This document shows positions 9,771 through 20,847 of a stretch of 64,000 nucleotides of DNA, one piece after another. The DNA is from Actinomycetales bacterium (GTDB lineage: Bacteria > Actinomycetota > Actinomycetes > JAJZTN01), in assembly GCA_051960855.1 (NCBI GenBank), contig JBQCDV010000207.1, positions 146 to 64,145 of the forward strand, read 5' to 3'. Numbering within the stretch: position 1 is the first letter of the stretch; each line of letters starts with the position of its first letter. Made by a program: the position numbers and the translations under genes. The notes below the pieces were generated by a model. It was not told where the DNA came from. It saw nothing but the letters and a program-made list of their open reading frames with translations, and did no database searches.

Positions 9771-10449
9771 CACCCGCACCGTGCTCGTGACAGGCGGGTC
9801 CTCGGGCCTGGGAGCAGCGGTCGTCGACGCGCTCCTGCAGCGTGGCGACCGCCCCTGCGTGATCGACATCAACCCCCCGAAGGCCGACGTCCCCTTCCGG
9901 CAGGTCGACCTGTCGGACACCCGCGCGGCCGAGGCCGCGGTGGAGGAGCTCGCCGACGAGCTCGGCGGCCTGAACGGCGTTGTCGCCGCGGCGGGCGTCG
10001 ACACGCCCGGCAAGCTCGACGAGGTGCCCGCGAAGGAGTGGGAGCGGATCGTCACCATCGACCTGCTCGCGGTGGCGGCCGTGTCGCGGGCGGCCCTGCC
10101 GCACCTGAAGCAGAGCAGCGGCCGGCTGGTCACGGTGGCTTCCACGCTCGGCGTGAAGGCGGTCAGCGACGCCACCGCCTACTGCGCCGCCAAGTTCGGC
10201 GTGGTCGGATTCACCCGCGCGCTCGCAGCGGAGACCGCCGGTGAGATCGGCGTCACGCTGCTCATCCCCGGCGGCATGAGCACCGCCTTCTTCGACGGGC
10301 GGACCGAGCAGTACAAGCCCGGCCCGGATGCGAAGCTGAACGACCCCTCACACGTCGCCGCGGCGATCCTCTTCGCCCTCGACCAGCCCGCCGGGTGCGA
10401 GCTGCGCGAGATGGTCGTGGCAGCGGCCACCGAGCCCTCGTGGCCGTGA
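9760..10449 (+). CDS. SDR family oxidoreductase
   Basis: Rossmann motif TGGSSGLGAAV and catalytic YCAAK are present. The gene overlaps the hldE 3' end by 11 nt. Confidence 0.75.
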   Translation: MSADTRTVLVTGGSSGLGAAVVDALLQRGDRPCVIDINPPKADVPFRQVDLSDTRAAEAAVEELADELGGLNGVVAAAGVDTPGKLDEVPAKEWERIVTIDLLAVAAVSRAALPHLKQSSGRLVTVASTLGVKAVSDATAYCAAKFGVVGFTRALAAETAGEIGVTLLIPGGMSTAFFDGRTEQYKPGPDAKLNDPSHVAAAILFALDQPAGCELREMVVAAATEPSWP

Positions 10450-10456
10450 GTCGCTC

Positions 10457-11452
10457 GTGACCGAGGCTGCGCGCCGCCCGCTGCCCACCCAGACGGGTGC
10501 GGCAGCGGGCGGCCCTCCGCCGGGGCCGAGCACCGTGCTGGTGCTGCGCGCGCTCGGCATGGGTGACCTGCTCACGGGTGTCCCCGCGCTGCGCGCCGTG
10601 CGCGCCCACTACCCGCGCGCTCGCCTGCTGCTCGCCGCCCCGACGTGGCTGGCACCGCTCGTGCGCCTGGTGGGCTGCGTCGACGAGATCGTTCCGCACG
10701 ACGGGGTCGCAGCCCTGCCCTGGCCGTGGGACCCGCCGGAGGTAGCGGTGAACCTCCACGGCCGGGGGCCGCAGAGCCACCGGCTCCTGCAGGCGGTGCG
10801 CGCCGGCCGGATGCTGGCCTTCGCCAGTCCGGACGCGGACTTCACGGACGGCCCGCAGTGGCTGCCCGATGAGCACGAGGTCGAGCGCTGGTGCCGCATG
10901 CTGGCCGCGTACGACATCGCCAGCGACCCCGACGACCTGCTCATTCAGCGGCCTGGGGCCGCCCCCGACCAGCGCGGCGTCGTCGTCATCCATCCCGGTG
11001 CCAGCGTCGCGTCGCGACGGTGGTCGGCGGCCAGGTTCGGTGTGGTGGCTGCAGATCTGGCCGCCCGCGGACATCGCGTCGTTGTGACGGGAAGTCCGGC
11101 GGAGGAGGCGCTGGCGCGCCAGGTGGTGACAGCGGCGAAGCTGCCCCGGGCCGCCCTGCTCGCCGGCCGGCTCAGCCTCCTGCAACTGGCCTCCGTCGTC
11201 AGTGGCGCAGCCCTCGTCATCTCCTCCGACACCGGCATCGCCCACCTTGCCACCGCACTGCGGACCCCGTCGGTCACCGTCTTCGGGCCGGTCCCGCCGT
11301 CGCAGTGGGGAGCACGCATCGACACCGCGATCCATCGAGCGCTGTGGGTGCCGGACGCCGACGGGGTCGGCCAGCTCGCCCGCGTGCAGCCCAGCTACGT
11401 CGTTCGGGAAGCTCTCGCTCTGCTGCGCAGCCGTCGCCTGGCGACGCGGTAA
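10457..11452 (+). CDS. Glycosyltransferase family 9 (heptosyltransferase-like), paralogue 2
   Basis: GT9 motifs are present: VLVLRALGMGDLLTGVPALRAV and a C-terminal SSDTGIAHLATALRTPSVTVFGP. A GTG start is assumed. Confidence 0.75.
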   Translation: MTEAARRPLPTQTGAAAGGPPPGPSTVLVLRALGMGDLLTGVPALRAVRAHYPRARLLLAAPTWLAPLVRLVGCVDEIVPHDGVAALPWPWDPPEVAVNLHGRGPQSHRLLQAVRAGRMLAFASPDADFTDGPQWLPDEHEVERWCRMLAAYDIASDPDDLLIQRPGAAPDQRGVVVIHPGASVASRRWSAARFGVVAADLAARGHRVVVTGSPAEEALARQVVTAAKLPRAALLAGRLSLLQLASVVSGAALVISSDTGIAHLATALRTPSVTVFGPVPPSQWGARIDTAIHRALWVPDADGVGQLARVQPSYVVREALALLRSRRLATR

Positions 11453-11458
11453 CGGGCG

Positions 11459-12438
<980 letters not shown>

Positions 12439-12442
<4 letters not shown>

Positions 12443-13920
12443 GAGCGGCTCGGGAGCGGCTCGAGGTGGACCACCTTGGTCCGCGACAGCTCGTCGAGCA
12501 GCTCGGGCCCGTAGCCGAAGCCGCGTCCGCTCGCGCCGCGCGGGTGGGCGGCGCCGCCGGGGGCTCCCCCGAAGACGGCGTTGATCTTGACGGTACCGAC
12601 GGGCAGGTCCCGCCACGCCTGCTGCGCGTGAGCGAGGTCCGGGGTCAGCACGGTCGCCGCCAGGCCGTAGGGGCTGTCGGCGGCCACCTCCAGCGCCTCG
12701 TCGAAGGAGTCGACGACGAGGACCGGAGCCACGGGCCCGAAGTTCTCCTCGCGCCAGATCCGCATGTCGGGCCGGACGTCGGCGAGCACAGTGGGCGGGT
12801 AGAACGAACCGTCGCCCTCGGGGACCTCGCCGCCGCAGACCACGCGGGCGCCGGCCTCGACGGCCTCGCGGACCTGCGCGTGCACCTCGTCGCGGTGGCG
12901 CCGGTCGACGAGCGGTCCCATGAACGCGCCCTCGTCGTGCTGGGCGCCGACCGTGACGGCCCGGGCGCGCTGCTCGAGGGCGTCGAGGAAGGCGTCGGCG
13001 ACGTCGCGCAGCACGACCACGCGCTCGACGCCGGTGCAGAGCTGCCCGGCGTTGATGAAGCCGCCGAGGACGACCTGATCGGCGGCCCAGCCGGCGTCGA
13101 CGCCGCTGTGCACGACGAGGGCGTCCGCGCCGCCGTTTTCGACGATGCAGTGCGCGCCCGTCTGCGCGGTCGCCGCGGCGATGGCGCGCCCGGCGCGCGT
13201 GGAGCCGACGTGGGCGACCGCGCGGACGCGAGAGTCGGCGACCAGTGCGGCGCCGGTCTCACCCGCGCCGAAGACGCAGGTGAAGACGCCGTCCGGCAGC
13301 TCCTCGGCGAAGACCTCGGCGAGCAGCGCCGCCGACCACGGGGAGCGCTCAGAGGGCTTGAAGACGACGGTGTTGCCCATGACGAGGGCGGCGGCGAGCA
13401 GGCCGGCGGGGACCGCGACCGGGTCGTTCCACGGGGTGATGACGGCGACGACCCCGTGCGGCTCGAGCACCATCAGGTCGGTCGCGTCCCAGTTGCCATT
13501 GAGGCTGCGACCGCGGTGCACCGGACCCAGCTCGGAGTACTGCCGGATGGTGGAGATCCCGGCCCGGACGCCGTCGAGCGACATTCCGACGGGACGCCCC
13601 ATCTCCGCCGAGGCGGCCTCGGCGAGCCGGTCGGCGCGCTCCTCGAGCCGGTCGGCGATGCGCGCCAGGGTCGCTCCCCGGGCTCCGGCCGGCGTCTGCG
13701 CCCAGCTCCGCCGGGCGGCCTCAGCCGCATCTACTGCGGCGGTCACCGTGGCGTGCGACCCGACCGGGAAGTCCACGACGGGGACCCCGGTCGCGGGGTC
13801 GACGACGGTCAGCACCGGCTCGTCCGAGGCCGGGACCCCGAGGTGGCTCAGGTGGACGGTGACCTCGGACCGGGAGGACCCGGCGGTCGGGACGGCAGTG
13901 GGCTCGGACAGATCGAGCAC
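12439..13920 (-). CDS. Aldehyde dehydrogenase family protein
   Basis: ALDH fold features are present, including the catalytic Cys context GQLCTGVERVVV and a glycine-rich cofactor region. The protein is about 490 aa. Confidence 0.8.
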
Positions 13921-14026
13921 GAACGACTCCTCGTCGGTGGGCGGCTGACGCAGCGCTTCTTCACGTTTACGTCCGCCTCCTGCCCCGAAGTGCCCGCCTC
14001 AACCGGGTCAGCCCCGCAAATCCCCC

Positions 14027-14908
14027 TTACCGTGCCAGGGCGTCGGCCACCTCCGGTGAGCCGTAGAGGTCGCCTACCTCGGCGAGCGCGTCGAGCCCCA
14101 GCACGTCGTACGCCTCGGCACGGCGGTCCCGCACCGTCGTCGGCGCCTCCTGGTGGAAGGCCAAGCTCGGCAGGATCCCCGCGCCCCCGCGCTGCTCCAT
14201 CACGGCCAGTTGGGCCACGACGTCCTCGCCGCAGTGCACGGGCGGCAGCTGGGGCCAGAAGCCGAACGCCCCGGCCTCCAACAGCGCCTGCCGGTCGTAC
14301 AGGACGCAGCCTCCGACCCAGGCCACCCGGTAGGCCACGTACCCGTCGGCTCCGTCGGGCGAGAGCGCGAGCCGCTGCGCCAGGTGCAGGGGGTTCGCCG
14401 CATTGTGCAGCCGCCAACGCTGCCAGGCCGGCGTCGAGCGCCGGACCCGCTCGGGTCGTACCCGGTCCTCCCAGGGCTCGAAGTCCGCCAGCTCCTCCGG
14501 CCGCACGTCGTCTCGGTAGCTCAAGCCGACGACGGGCATGCCGACGAAGCCGCAACCGAGCTCGACCAGTGCCTGCCGCATCAGCCCGAGCGCAGCGGGT
14601 GCGAGCAAGACGTCGTCGTCGAGCAGCAGCAACTCGCGGCGGGACGTCGCCTCCACCAGGTGCTGCCGCTGCTCGGCGAGGCCGCGGCGCGGCAGGTGCC
14701 GGTGCAGGTCGACCGCCACACCGAGGTGCTCCAGCAGCCGAAGGGCGGCCACCACGGCCGGCTCCGCTGCTGCCGGCGACTCGCCCTGGTCGCTGACCAC
14801 GACCCGCGCGGGCCGCACCCGCTGGCCGGCGAGGGACGTCAGCGTCGCCGCCAGGCAGGCGGGACGGTCGGCTGTGGGTATGGCGACCTCGAGGTCCGTC
14901 CGCGTCAC
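14027..14908 (-). CDS. Glycosyltransferase family 2
   Basis: GT2-like N-terminus (LEVAIPTADRPACLAATLTSLAGQ...VVVSDQGESP) and a DxD-like LLLLDDDV. The start overlaps the upstream hldE2 stop. Confidence 0.65.
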   Translation of the reverse strand: MTRTDLEVAIPTADRPACLAATLTSLAGQRVRPARVVVSDQGESPAAAEPAVVAALRLLEHLGVAVDLHRHLPRRGLAEQRQHLVEATSRRELLLLDDDVLLAPAALGLMRQALVELGCGFVGMPVVGLSYRDDVRPEELADFEPWEDRVRPERVRRSTPAWQRWRLHNAANPLHLAQRLALSPDGADGYVAYRVAWVGGCVLYDRQALLEAGAFGFWPQLPPVHCGEDVVAQLAVMEQRGGAGILPSLAFHQEAPTTVRDRRAEAYDVLGLDALAEVGDLYGSPEVADALAR

Positions 14909-16425
14909 CGGCCACCCTCCGGGAGCTCACCGAGAGGCGCGCGCAGGTCGATCGTCACCGAGGCGTCCAACGGCCCGTCCAGGCTGCGGATCCGGTCCAG
15001 CAGCCTGGTCGTCGAGTGATCCGCGACGAAGTCGACGAAGCGCACCGCCCCGCCGTACGACTCGACGACGGGAGCCTCCGGCAGGGTCTCGGGTGTGTAG
15101 TCGCCGCCCTTGGCGTAGACGTCGGGCTGCAGTCTCGCGATCAGCTCCGCGGGGCTGTCTTCGTCGAAGACGACGAGGTGGTCGACGCATGACAGCGCGG
15201 CGAGCACGCGCAGCCGGTCGCCGAGCGGGTTGACCGGTCGGTCTGGCCCCTTGAGGCGGCGCACGCTCTCGTCGCTGTTGACCGCCACGACGAGCACGTC
15301 GCCGAGCCGACGGGCACCGTCCAGCATCGCGACGTGACCGGAGTGCAGGACGTCGAAGCAGCCGTTGGTGAAGACCACCCGCCTCCCAGCGGCCCGGTGC
15401 TCGGCCACCACATCGACGAGGACGTCCGGCGCCGCGACGGGCTCGAGGATGCCGATCTGCTCGAGCAGGGCCGACTGCGTGCAGGTGGCCGTCCCCGACT
15501 TGCGAACGACGACGCCCGCTGCCGCCACCGCCGCCTCCAGGGCGACGCTCGGGTCGGCCCCCTGGGCCAGGCTCAGGGTGAGCGCCGCGGTGAAGGAGTC
15601 ACCGGCACCGCAGGTGTCGGGATGGGACACCGGGTGGGCATACGCACGGTGAGGTCGCTGCTGGCGGGCGATGAAGACCGCTCCCTCGGAGTCGAGGGTG
15701 ACGGCGGCCGACCGCGCGCACCACTCGTCGAGCAGCGTCTCCCCGTGCTGGGACAACCATTGCGTGCGGTCGACGCCCTCGTCGGCCGGCAGCGTCAGCA
15801 CTGCCTCGTCCCAGTTCGGCGCCACCACGTCGGGGCACAGGTCACGCCACCGGCGCGGGTCGTGCGCGTCGAGGACCACCAGTGGACGACCCTCCCGAAC
15901 CAGCGCTCCAAGCCGGGGGCGCAGGTCGGCGTCGAGCAGCCCGGTGGCGTAGTCGCACACGACCAGGACCGGGACGCGACGGAGCAGCTCGCGTGCGGCG
16001 GCCAGCAGCTGGCCCACCGTCTCCTCGCTGGCCGCGCCGTCTCCCAGCCCCTCGTCGAAGCGGGCCAGCATCGTGCCATCGGCGACCAGCCGCTGTTTCG
16101 CGACCGTGTGTCGGCCGGCTTCGACGATGACACCGCTGACGTCGACCCCGGCCTCCGCGCAGCGCCGCACCAGACGCTCGCCGTCCGCGTCGTCACCGAC
16201 GACGCTGACGAGGTGCACGCGCGCGCCCAGGGCGGCGAGGTTCGCGGCGGCGTTCGCTGCTCCCCCGGGCTCCTCGCGGCGTCGCTTCACGGTCAGGGCC
16301 GGCACGGGTGCCTCGCGGCACAAGCGTGTCGCGGAGCCCTCCAGCCAGGTGTCCAACATCGCGTCGCCGAGCACGACGACCTCGGTGCCACTGAAGCGGG
16401 CGACGACATCCGTCAGGCTGTCCAC
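14905..16425 (-). CDS. hldE: Bifunctional heptose 7-phosphate kinase / heptose 1-phosphate adenylyltransferase HldE, second paralogue
   Basis: Same two-domain architecture as the 8103-9770 gene (VVVLGDAMLD...CGAGDSF, TNGCFDVLHSGHVAMLDGARRLGD...VNSDESVRRLKGPDRP). Confidence 0.85.
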   Translation of the reverse strand: MDSLTDVVARFSGTEVVVLGDAMLDTWLEGSATRLCREAPVPALTVKRRREEPGGAANAAANLAALGARVHLVSVVGDDADGERLVRRCAEAGVDVSGVIVEAGRHTVAKQRLVADGTMLARFDEGLGDGAASEETVGQLLAAARELLRRVPVLVVCDYATGLLDADLRPRLGALVREGRPLVVLDAHDPRRWRDLCPDVVAPNWDEAVLTLPADEGVDRTQWLSQHGETLLDEWCARSAAVTLDSEGAVFIARQQRPHRAYAHPVSHPDTCGAGDSFTAALTLSLAQGADPSVALEAAVAAAGVVVRKSGTATCTQSALLEQIGILEPVAAPDVLVDVVAEHRAAGRRVVFTNGCFDVLHSGHVAMLDGARRLGDVLVVAVNSDESVRRLKGPDRPVNPLGDRLRVLAALSCVDHLVVFDEDSPAELIARLQPDVYAKGGDYTPETLPEAPVVESYGGAVRFVDFVADHSTTRLLDRIRSLDGPLDASVTIDLRAPLGELPEGGR

Positions 16426-17615
16426 ACACGGTCCTCTCGAGGAAGTTCGTCGCGGGAGGCGGCCCCGCGGGCAAGATGGGCGAGGGTGGCCTCGACGACC
16501 TCACCGACCGGGACGTCGAGGCAGGCGGTGTCGCCGTAGGGGCAGCGGAACTGGTGGCACGGCGAGCACGAGGTCGGCACGCGCAGCAGGTTCGCGGGGA
16601 CGTCGCGCGGCGCCATGTGCTCGATGGGCTCGGTGCCACCCCAGGTGACGACGACCGGAGTGCCGAGCGCGTCGGCGACGTGGAGTCCGCCGGAGTTGTT
16701 GACGACGGCGACGTCGACCCGCGCGAGCAGCGCCACCCACGCGGGAATGGGCAGCCCGGCGAGGACGGCAGCGGCATCGCCCGCCACGTCGTCGAGCAGG
16801 GGCTGCTCCTTCGCCGACCCGACGACCACGACGCAGGCGTGCTCGGAGAGGGCGGCGACCGATCGCCGGAACCGCTCGGGAGCCCAGCGTCTGGCTGGGG
16901 CGCTTGCGCCGGGTGCCACCGCGACCGTCGTTGCGCCGAGGGTGACACCGCGAGAGCGCAGTTCCCGCTCGAGCTGCACCTGCGCCTGCCCGGGCACCGC
17001 CAGCTGCAGCTCGCGGCTCTCGCAGGGCACGCCGAGACTGGCGAGCAGGAACAGCTGCCGGTCCACCTGATGCGTCAGGTAGTCCGGCGGTGAGACCGGG
17101 TGGGTCAAGACGCCGCCGCCGAAGTCGCGGCTCAGCCCGGCACGCACCGGGATCTCGGCCAGCAGGCCCACCAGGGCAGGCGGCAGCGGCGACTGTGAGA
17201 ACGACGTCAGCACGACCATCGCGTCGTAGCGGCGGCCGGCCACCTCGGCCACGAGCGATTCGAACGACGCCCGCGCACGCTGCGCCGTTCGGGCCGGGTC
17301 CGCCTCCGCGGGGGATGCGTCCTGCCAGACCGGGGACGCGACGAGCAGGTCGTCGAGACCCGGCAGCAGCGGCGCGATCGCCGCGCCGGCGGGCGAGCAG
17401 AGCAGGTCGATCCGGGCGTGCGGCGCTGCGGCTCGCACCGCCCGGACCGCCGGGCCCGTCATGACGACGTCACCGAGGTTGTCCGCGCGCACCAGCAGGA
17501 TCGCGCCCATGCCCGCCCAGTCGCCGGCCGTGAGGACCGGTCCCTGGTCGACCGCCGGGTGACGGCGGGGACGGGGCCGCCGGAGCAGGTCCGGGGCAGG
17601 AGGCGCTGGTGTCAC
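16413..17615 (-). CDS. Glycosyltransferase family 9 (heptosyltransferase-like), paralogue 3
   Basis: GT9 motifs are present (ILLVRADNLGDVVMTGPAVRAV, NNSGGLHVADALGTPVVV). The start could be GTG at 17615 or the internal ATG at 17510. Confidence 0.7.
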   Translation of the reverse strand: MTPAPPAPDLLRRPRPRRHPAVDQGPVLTAGDWAGMGAILLVRADNLGDVVMTGPAVRAVRAAAPHARIDLLCSPAGAAIAPLLPGLDDLLVASPVWQDASPAEADPARTAQRARASFESLVAEVAGRRYDAMVVLTSFSQSPLPPALVGLLAEIPVRAGLSRDFGGGVLTHPVSPPDYLTHQVDRQLFLLASLGVPCESRELQLAVPGQAQVQLERELRSRGVTLGATTVAVAPGASAPARRWAPERFRRSVAALSEHACVVVVGSAKEQPLLDDVAGDAAAVLAGLPIPAWVALLARVDVAVVNNSGGLHVADALGTPVVVTWGGTEPIEHMAPRDVPANLLRVPTSCSPCHQFRCPYGDTACLDVPVGEVVEATLAHLARGAASRDELPREDRVWTA

Positions 17616-17705
17616 TCAGCGCCCCTCCCCTGGTGAAGATCCGGCAAACGCGCCAGCGACGCGAGCGGAGGGCGGGCGGCCGTGCGGGGGCCGAGCGGCG
17701 CGGCC

Positions 17706-20700
17706 TCAGGCTCCTGGCGTCGTCGACGGGCTGGAACTCGGGCTGGTCGTCGGGCTGGTCGTCGGGCTGGTCGATGGCTTCGCCGCTGACTGCGAGGCGC
17801 TCACGGCCCGGTTGATCGCGTCCTGGAGCCGCTTCTGCGCCTCGCCGTAGGCCGCGAAGTCCCCGGACTGCAGCGCCTTCTGCGCGTCGGCCAGGGCCTT
17901 CTGCGCGTCGGACAGCGCCTGCGCCACGCTGGGGCTAGTCGTGCCACCGGTGCCGGTCCCGCCATTGCCGGTGCCGCCATTGCCGGTGCCGCCGTTGCCA
18001 GTGCCACCGTTACCAGTGCCACCGTTGCCAGTGCCCCCGTTGCCGGTCCCGCCGTTGCCACCCGTCGTCGGGCTGGCCGTGAAGACCTGGGCCAGAGCCT
18101 GGTCGAGGGTGTCGGCGAACCCGACCTTGTCAGCGAAGCCGACGAGCACCTTCTGCAGCAGCGGGTAGCTCGTGCCGCCGGTGTTGGCCGAGACGTAGAC
18201 CGGCTCGACGTAGATGAACCCGCCGCCGAAGGGCAGCGTCAGCAGGTTGCCTCGGGTGACCTGCGAGCCACCCTGGCGCAGCAGCGTCAGCGTCGTCCCG
18301 ACAGCCGGGGTCGCCTCGAAGTTGTTGTGCGCCTGGCCCGGACCCGGGATCGTCGAGTTGCTGGGCAGCTTGAGCAGCGTCAGCTTGCCGTAGTCCTTGC
18401 CCGGCTGGGAGTTGACCGACAGGAAACCGGTCAGGTTGGCCTTGTTGCCCTGCGGGATGTAGGTCGTGGTGAGCGAGAAGGACGGCGAGCTCTGCCCGGG
18501 CAGCTGCGTGCTCAGGTAGTACGGCGGCTGGTCCTCGCGCTGGGAGCCCTCGTTGGTCGGGTCATCCGGCACCCGCCAGAAGTCCTGTCCGGAGTAGAAG
18601 GCCTGCGGGTCGGTGACGTGGAACTTCGCCAGCAGCGCGCGCTGCACCTTGAAGAAGTCCTCCGGGTAGCGCAGGTGGGCCATGAGGGCCGACGAGATGT
18701 CGGCCTTCGGCTTCACACTGCCGGGGAAGACCCGCTCCCAGGTCTTGAGGACGGGATCCGACTCGTCCCACGCGTAGAGCGTCACCGTGCCGTCGTAGGC
18801 GTCCACGGTCGCCTTGACCGAGTTGCGGATGTAGTTGATCGGAGCCTGGATCTGCGCGGCCACCGCACTCGTCGTCGCGGTGAGGCTGTCGGCCGTCGTG
18901 TCGCCGAGCACGGTGCGCTTGGAGTAGGGGTAGCTGTTGGACGTGGTGTAGCCATCGACGATCCACACGATGCGGCCGTCCACCACCGCCGGATAGGGGT
19001 CACCGTCGACCGTGAGCCAGGGCGCCGCCTTCTCCACGCGGTCACGGGGCTCCCGGTCGAAGAGGATCTTCGACTGCGGCGTGAAGACGTCGGAGAGCAG
19101 GATGTTGCTCTCCTGGAACCGGGTCGCGAACAGGATGCGGTTCCACAGCGAACCGATCGGGACGCCGCCCTTGCCGTCGTAGGTGTAGTTGGCCTGCCCC
19201 GTGGGGCTCTGCACGCTGGGGTAGTCGAGCTCCAGAGTGCGCCCGCCCGGCTTGCCGCCGACGATGCTGTAGCTCGGCGACTCTTCCCCGAAGTACACCC
19301 GCGGCTGGAACTTCGGCAGCACGCCCTTCGAGGGCAGGTCCGACTCGAAGAAGTCCGGCTTGCCGTCGGTCACCTGCGTGCCGTAGGCGCCGACGAAGCC
19401 GAAGCCGTGCGTGTAGACGGTGTGGTCGTTGATCCAGTTGCGCGAGGGGACCCCGTCGAGGTTGATCTCGCGGACAGCGACGACGGCGTCGCGCTCACGG
19501 CCACCGATCGTGTACCGGTCGACGTCGAGGGAGTCCGGGAAGCTGTAGTACTGCCGGATCTGCTGCAGCTGCTGGAAGGTGGGCGAGACCACCGCCGGGT
19601 CCAGCAGCCGGATGCCGGGCACGCCGGAGCTGGCGTCGACCTGCTTGGGGTCGGCCTGCGGCACGTAGTCGTTCACCGTCGTGTCGTTGATGGCGTAGGC
19701 CTGCCGCGTGTTGCCGATGAACCGTGTCAGGTAGGGCGACTCCTTCTGGTTCTCGGTCGGCCGGACCTGGAAGTACTGCACGATCGCCGGGTAGATGCCG
19801 CCGACGAGCAGGGCGGACAGCACGAGCAACCCGACGCCCACCCCGGGCAGCAGCCACGACCTCGTGAAGATGGTCGCGAAGAACAGGACGGCGCAGATCA
19901 GCGCGATCACCGCAAGGATGGTCTTGCCCGGCAGGACGGCGTTGACGTCGGTGTAGGTGAGGCCGGTGAAGGACTCTCGACCCACCTGGCCATCCGCGGT
20001 CGCCAGCGCGTAGCGGTCCAGCCAGTAGCCGATGGCCTTGAGCAGCACGAAGATGCCGAGCAGGACCGAGAGGTGGACGCGGGCGCCGGTGGTGGTGCGC
20101 GCCTGCCTGCGCCCCGTGACGCGCAGCCCCCCGTAGAGCCAGTGCGAGGCCAGCGCGACGATGATGCTGGCGACGACGATCGCGAAGGCGAAGCTGAGCA
20201 GGAACTGCCACCACGGCAGGGTGAACACGAAGAACGACAGGTCCTTGTGGAACTGCGGGTCGCGCGTCCCGAACGGCGTGGCGTGCGCCCACTGCTGGTA
20301 GGTGGCCCACTCCGAGGACGCCGTCGAGCCGGCAAAGAGGAACAGCAGGATCCCGGCCGCGATGAGGATCACCCGACGCAGCGGGTCGAGCATGCGCTGG
20401 TACCGAGCCAGAACGACGTCGTCCGGGGTCAGGCCGGTCAGCTCGGCGCGGGTGCGCCGCGCGAGGACGACGTTGAGCAGCACGAGCACCGCGAAGGCGA
20501 GTCCGAAGACGACGAACAGCACCGCTCGTGTCACCAACTCGGTGCGGAAGACGCCCTGGAAGCTGATCGAGCGGTACCAGAGCCAGTCGGTCCAGAACGA
20601 CGCGAAGATGCCGAAGACCAGCACGAGCACGACGAGAACGGCGATGGTCGGCAGCAGCACGAGCCGCCGGCGCGGCCGGGCGGGACCGGGACGGCGAGGG

Positions 20701-20726
20701 GCCGCTTCCGGGAAGTCAAAGCTCAC
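17706..20726 (-). CDS. UPF0182 family membrane protein
   Basis: About 1000 aa, with N-terminal multi-pass helices and a large extracytoplasmic domain. This is the architecture of the actinobacterial UPF0182 family (Mtb Rv3193c-like). The C-terminus carries a (GNGGT)7 repeat and an S/T/P-rich tail. Confidence 0.85.
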   Translation of the reverse strand: MSFDFPEAAPRRPGPARPRRRLVLLPTIAVLVVLVLVFGIFASFWTDWLWYRSISFQGVFRTELVTRAVLFVVFGLAFAVLVLLNVVLARRTRAELTGLTPDDVVLARYQRMLDPLRRVILIAAGILLFLFAGSTASSEWATYQQWAHATPFGTRDPQFHKDLSFFVFTLPWWQFLLSFAFAIVVASIIVALASHWLYGGLRVTGRRQARTTTGARVHLSVLLGIFVLLKAIGYWLDRYALATADGQVGRESFTGLTYTDVNAVLPGKTILAVIALICAVLFFATIFTRSWLLPGVGVGLLVLSALLVGGIYPAIVQYFQVRPTENQKESPYLTRFIGNTRQAYAINDTTVNDYVPQADPKQVDASSGVPGIRLLDPAVVSPTFQQLQQIRQYYSFPDSLDVDRYTIGGRERDAVVAVREINLDGVPSRNWINDHTVYTHGFGFVGAYGTQVTDGKPDFFESDLPSKGVLPKFQPRVYFGEESPSYSIVGGKPGGRTLELDYPSVQSPTGQANYTYDGKGGVPIGSLWNRILFATRFQESNILLSDVFTPQSKILFDREPRDRVEKAAPWLTVDGDPYPAVVDGRIVWIVDGYTTSNSYPYSKRTVLGDTTADSLTATTSAVAAQIQAPINYIRNSVKATVDAYDGTVTLYAWDESDPVLKTWERVFPGSVKPKADISSALMAHLRYPEDFFKVQRALLAKFHVTDPQAFYSGQDFWRVPDDPTNEGSQREDQPPYYLSTQLPGQSSPSFSLTTTYIPQGNKANLTGFLSVNSQPGKDYGKLTLLKLPSNSTIPGPGQAHNNFEATPAVGTTLTLLRQGGSQVTRGNLLTLPFGGGFIYVEPVYVSANTGGTSYPLLQKVLVGFADKVGFADTLDQALAQVFTASPTTGGNGGTGNGGTGNGGTGNGGTGNGGTGNGGTGNGGTGTGGTTSPSVAQALSDAQKALADAQKALQSGDFAAYGEAQKRLQDAINRAVSASQSAAKPSTSPTTSPTTSPSSSPSTTPGA
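17956..18060 (-). repeat. 7 tandem in-frame 15-bp repeats (GGYGCCRCCRTTRCC) encoding (GNGGT)7 in the UPF0182 C-terminus
   Basis: Direct reading of 17941-18060 shows seven near-identical 15-mers. Confidence 0.9.
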
Positions 20727-20847
20727 GCGCGCGCACTCCTGTCAGCGGCCGACCTGTCACCGTCCACCCGACAACTTACCGATCAAGCGTTCGGTTCCCC
20801 CTGCCCGCCGCGGGTGGTCCAGCGCGCCCCGACCCGCAGGCAGCAGG

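Noticed and set aside
12466-14796. 776-aa plus-strand ORF
   Set aside because: It is antisense to the aldehyde dehydrogenase and GT2 genes. The product is low-complexity Arg/Gly/Pro-rich.
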